Shown here one piece after another: positions 60,416-64,000 of a DNA stretch of 64,000 bases. Both the position numbers and the translations under genes were made by a program. The stretch is from Nannocystis bainbridge (lineage in GTDB: Bacteria > Myxococcota_A > Polyangia > Nannocystales > Nannocystaceae). Location of the stretch: positions 192,001 to 256,000 of the forward strand of contig NZ_JAQNDL010000002.1 of assembly GCF_028368995.1 (NCBI RefSeq), in the 5' to 3' direction. Under the pieces are notes generated by a model. That model saw only the letters and a program-made list of their open reading frames with translations, did not search any database and had not been told where the DNA came from. The first letter of the stretch is position 1. The number at the start of each line of letters is the position of its first letter.

Positions 60416-61048
60416 GTGACTTCGATCCGCAGCGACGAGCAGCTGCTGACGGCCTGGCGCGCGGGCGAGCGGCGGGCCGGGGAGCAGCTGTTCGAGCGCT
60501 ACTACGAGCCGGTGGCGCGCTTCTTCTTCAACAAGACGGAGGCGGGGCCGGAGCTGATCCAGCAGACCTTCCTGGCTTGCGTCGAGGCGGTGCCGCGGTT
60601 CCGCGGCGAGGGCAGCTTCCGCAGCTTCCTGTTCGCCATCGCCTACCGCCAGCTGTGCCGTCACTACCGCGATCGCAAGGGGGACAGGATCGACCTCGAG
60701 GAGGTCTCGGTCGCGGCGATGGACCCGTCGCCGAGCCAGGTCCTGGTCGAGGGCGAGGAGCTCAAGCTGCTGCTCGCCGGGTTGCGACGGATCCCCGTCG
60801 ACTGCCAGGTCGTGCTCGAGCTGCTCTACTGGGAGCAGCTCACCACCGTCGAGATGGCGGCGGCGCTCGAGATCCCCGAGGGCACGGTGAAGTCGCGGCT
60901 GCGACGCGGGCGCGCGCTGCTGCGCGAGGCGATCGAGACGCTGGCCAGGACCCCCGATCTTGCGACGAGCACGCTGATGGGGATCGATACCTGGGCGGGG
61001 GCGCTGCGGGCCCAGGCGGGCCTGCCGGCGGACCCGCGCGAGGAGTGA
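60416..61048 (+). CDS. ECF RNA polymerase sigma factor upstream of a Ser/Thr kinase
   Basis: DEQLLTAWRAG..QQTFLAC..FRSFLFAIA; EMAAALEIPEGTVKSRLRRGR. Confidence 0.9.
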   Translation: MTSIRSDEQLLTAWRAGERRAGEQLFERYYEPVARFFFNKTEAGPELIQQTFLACVEAVPRFRGEGSFRSFLFAIAYRQLCRHYRDRKGDRIDLEEVSVAAMDPSPSQVLVEGEELKLLLAGLRRIPVDCQVVLELLYWEQLTTVEMAAALEIPEGTVKSRLRRGRALLREAIETLARTPDLATSTLMGIDTWAGALRAQAGLPADPREE

Positions 61049-61149
61049 CGGTTGCGGGTTCGGGGGCCGGCGGAGCGGTGCGCGTGCGGGCCCGGTCGCG
61101 CGCAGCCGGGCCGCGATGCGCCATGCGAGCCGACCTCGGCGAGGCGGAA

Positions 61150-61260
61150 CACGTGCGGGCCTTCGGGCGCGGGCAGCGATGATTTTCGTGATCCGAAATC
61201 GAAAGTCTGGCACGCGGGCGTTCGGGTGCGGGGCGCGACGATTTTGGTGATCCGGAACCG
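61150..61260 (+). repeat. About 59-bp direct repeat x2 upstream of the kinase, possibly a duplicated promoter
   Basis: GATTTT(C/G)GTGATCCG(A/G)AA at 61181 and 61240, with similar upstream flanks. Confidence 0.6.
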
Positions 61261-61296
61261 GCGGGTTGGAACCACTGCGGACAGGAGCGCCCCCGC

Positions 61297-64000
61297 ATGT
61301 CCGAAGCCAAGGTCCAGGAGTCCGTCATGAAGCTCGTCGATGTCGACGAGACCCACCCCGATCGACTCGAGGCCGAGGCCTCGCTCGACGGCGACACGCT
61401 GGAGACGCCGGGGCTGCGCCCGGAGGTGCTCGGCGACGCGGCCCAGCGGCGGACCAAGGCGATGATCCGCGCGTCGCTGTTCGCGGGCGCGGGCGAGGCG
61501 CCGACGATCGGGCAGTACCAGGTGCTGAGGCGCCTCGGCGAGGGCGGGATGGGGGTCGTGTACGCGGCCTACGACGACGCGCTGCAGCGCAAGGTGGCGC
61601 TCAAGCTGCTGCGCGGGGCGGCGCTGCGACTGCCGCAAGGTCGGGCGCGCACGCTGCGAGAGGCGCGGGCGCTGGCCCGGCTGTCGCACCCCAACGTGGT
61701 CCACGTGTATCAGGTCGGCGAGGTCGACGACGAGGTGTTCGTGGCGATGGAGTTCCTCACCGGACCGACGCTGCGCGAGTGGTTGGCGGCCGCGCCTCGC
61801 TCGTGGCGCGAGGTCCTGGCGGTGTTCCGCCAGGCCGGCGAGGGGCTGGCGGCGGCGCACCGCCAGGGCGTGGTGCACCGCGACTTCAAGCCGGCCAACG
61901 TGATCCTCGGCGACGACGGGCGCGTGCGGGTGGTCGACTTCGGCCTGGCGCATTTCGGCGGCGAGGGTGAGGCGCTGCCGGCGTTGCCCGCGGCGGGCGA
62001 GCCGACCGACGTGCTGCTGACGCAGACGGGCGCGGTGCTGGGGACGCCGGCGTACATGGCGGCCGAGCAGTTCGCGGGCGGACGCGGCGATCCGAAGACG
62101 GATCAGTTCAGCTTCTGCGCGGCGCTGTTCGAGGCGCTGTACGGGCAGCGGCCGTTCGCCGGCGCCGACGTGCGCGCGCTGGCGCAGGCGGTGGCGGAGG
62201 GTCGACCGCGGCCGCCGAAGTCCGGTCAGGAGGCGCCCGCGTGGCTGCACCGCGTGGTGGTGCGCGGACTGCAGGCCGATCCGGCCGCGCGCTGGCCGTC
62301 GATGGAGGCGCTGCTGGCCGCGCTACAGACGACCGACACGAAGGTGCGAGACCGGCGAACCTTCGCGGCGATCGCCTCGGGGTTCGGTTTGTTGATGGGC
62401 GTCGGTTACATGTCGGCGAGCCCCGAGGCGCAGCCGGAGGCGGTGGCGCAGGATGACGACGTGGCGGCGGCGCGGGCCGAGGTGACGCGGGCGCAGGACG
62501 CGAAGCGGCTGACGGAGGCGCGCGCCGCGTTGACGCGCGACCCGGTGGCGACGATCCGCGCGCTCGCGGAGCTCGGCGGCGACGAGCCTGCGACGTGGCA
62601 CGAGGCGCGTTTTCTGGCCGCGGCCGCGACGGCGCGCGGGCTGCCGGCGCAGGTGCTGCGGGCCGAGCGACCGCTGGCCGAGGCGCTGCCGCTCGCGGGC
62701 GGGGGGGTGATCGGGCGCGACGAGCTCGGCGCGGTGTGGCGCTGGGACATGTCCGCGGGGACAGGTGAGCAGGTGCTCGATCCGGGCGTGGCCAGGTCGC
62801 TGCTGGTGGCCGACCGCGCGCCGGTGTGGGCCGCCGTCGGGGAGGCTTCGGTGCAGGTGTTCGGCGACGGCGTGGCGCAGACGATCGATCTGCGTGGTGA
62901 GCCGGTCAGCCACGACCACTGGAAGCTGACCACCGACGGGCGCACGCTGGTGGCCCACGCGTGGCTGGACGGGCGCGGCATGGCCAGCCCGATCACGGTG
63001 CGGCTGTGGGACCTGTCGCGCCCGGGCGCGCCGCCGCAGGCGTTCCCGCTGCCACCCGGGCAGTGGCCGGCGATCTCCGCCGACGCGACCGTGATCGCCG
63101 TGGCCGACGGCGGAGCGATGCGGGTGATCCGGCCGCGCGACGGCAGTGAGGCGCGGCTGGCGTATGCCGGTCGGCCGTTCGAGATCTCGCGCGACGGGTG
63201 GTTCGCGCTGGCGCACCCGCACGGCGACGACGACGGCAAGCTCGACGTCGTCGACCTGGCGACGGGCACGGCGCGCCGGGTCGAGGCGGACTGGGGCACG
63301 ATGGTCGGCGACGGCGAGGCCGCGTTCATGCGCCCGGAGTACGGGCATCACGTGCTTTGGCGCGAGTCGCTGGCGACCGGGGCGGTCACGTGGCGGATGC
63401 AAGTGCCGTCGAGCCGCCGCGGCTTCGGGGCGCACATCCTCGTCGACCCGACCGGCGAGCGCTTCGCGCTGGCGCTCGGTGACGAGTGGGCGGTGGGCGA
63501 CCTGCGGACGGGCGGGCTGCGCTCGTTCTTGACTGTCCCGAAGGACAGGTTGCCGCGGTGGGGTCACGAAGGTGCGCTCCTGGTGGTGCACCGCCAGGAG
63601 GTGCGGGTGCACCGGCCGGCGGCGGCGGCGGTGACGCTCGAAAAGCGCGGACCCGGCTGCGCGCTGGCGCCGGGGGCTCGCTGGGCCGCGACGACGCCGT
63701 GGGATCGAGCTCGCGGCGAGTTCACCCGGACCGAGCTGGCGACGGGCACGACGGTGAATTTCCGCTGCTCCGATCCGCCGCCGGCGGCCGACGACATGGA
63801 CGCGATGTACGGGTTGTTGGGGTTCGTCGACGACGCGGGCCAGGTCGCGGTGATCGGCGAGGAGGGCTGGAACTGCTGGTGGGACGAGCAGCACGGCGCG
63901 CGCCTCGGGCCGCAGCGGCTGCTGGGCTTCGTCTTCGGGCTGCCGCGCGGGGTGGCGCAGGTGCAGAACGCCGAGATCGCCATCTGGAGCGGGCCGGGCG
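61297..64000 (+). CDS. Hanks-type Ser/Thr protein kinase with TM segment and beta-propeller-like C-terminal region; truncated at the window end
   Basis: AGGAG RBS, ATG 61297; LGEGGMGVVY, VALK, HRDFKPANV, DFG, GTPAYMAAE, DQFSF; frame appears open to 64000. Confidence 0.93.
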   Translation, partial: MSEAKVQESVMKLVDVDETHPDRLEAEASLDGDTLETPGLRPEVLGDAAQRRTKAMIRASLFAGAGEAPTIGQYQVLRRLGEGGMGVVYAAYDDALQRKVALKLLRGAALRLPQGRARTLREARALARLSHPNVVHVYQVGEVDDEVFVAMEFLTGPTLREWLAAAPRSWREVLAVFRQAGEGLAAAHRQGVVHRDFKPANVILGDDGRVRVVDFGLAHFGGEGEALPALPAAGEPTDVLLTQTGAVLGTPAYMAAEQFAGGRGDPKTDQFSFCAALFEALYGQRPFAGADVRALAQAVAEGRPRPPKSGQEAPAWLHRVVVRGLQADPAARWPSMEALLAALQTTDTKVRDRRTFAAIASGFGLLMGVGYMSASPEAQPEAVAQDDDVAAARAEVTRAQDAKRLTEARAALTRDPVATIRALAELGGDEPATWHEARFLAAAATARGLPAQVLRAERPLAEALPLAGGGVIGRDELGAVWRWDMSAGTGEQVLDPGVARSLLVADRAPVWAAVGEASVQVFGDGVAQTIDLRGEPVSHDHWKLTTDGRTLVAHAWLDGRGMASPITVRLWDLSRPGAPPQAFPLPPGQWPAISADATVIAVADGGAMRVIRPRDGSEARLAYAGRPFEISRDGWFALAHPHGDDDGKLDVVDLATGTARRVEADWGTMVGDGEAAFMRPEYGHHVLWRESLATGAVTWRMQVPSSRRGFGAHILVDPTGERFALALGDEWAVGDLRTGGLRSFLTVPKDRLPRWGHEGALLVVHRQEVRVHRPAAAAVTLEKRGPGCALAPGARWAATTPWDRARGEFTRTELATGTTVNFRCSDPPPAADDMDAMYGLLGFVDDAGQVAVIGEEGWNCWWDEQHGARLGPQRLLGFVFGLPRGVAQVQNAEIAIWSGPG

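Overview
Very GC-rich chromosomal window, most likely from a myxobacterium of the Nannocystis type (inferred from the Thr-rich tethered lipoproteins, a MYXO-CTERM-like tail, a giant TPR protein, ECF/kinase pairs and the codon style). Housekeeping genes: rsfS-rlmH, tamB-tamA-like pair, tRNA-fMet, rodZ-like, mgtE, recO, lpoA-like and rlmB. Interleaved accessory modules: AraC plus aldo/keto reductase, a lipoprotein with a NuiA-like nuclease-inhibitor head, an ECF sigma/anti-sigma operon, an MBOAT, an M23 peptidase and other surface lipoproteins, a stand-alone YcaO, and an ECF-Ser/Thr kinase pair. The most striking unexplained signal is a 14-bp palindrome, TGTCC-N4-GGACA. I count at least 14 perfect copies plus many degenerate ones. 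It tiles head-to-tail at an exact 14-bp period in intergenic arrays at accessory-gene borders and also inside coding linkers. A separate 8-copy REP/BIME-like hairpin array lies at 42.66-43.25 kb. No CRISPR, transposase or integrase was seen. Product calls come from motif recognition by eye, without database searches.
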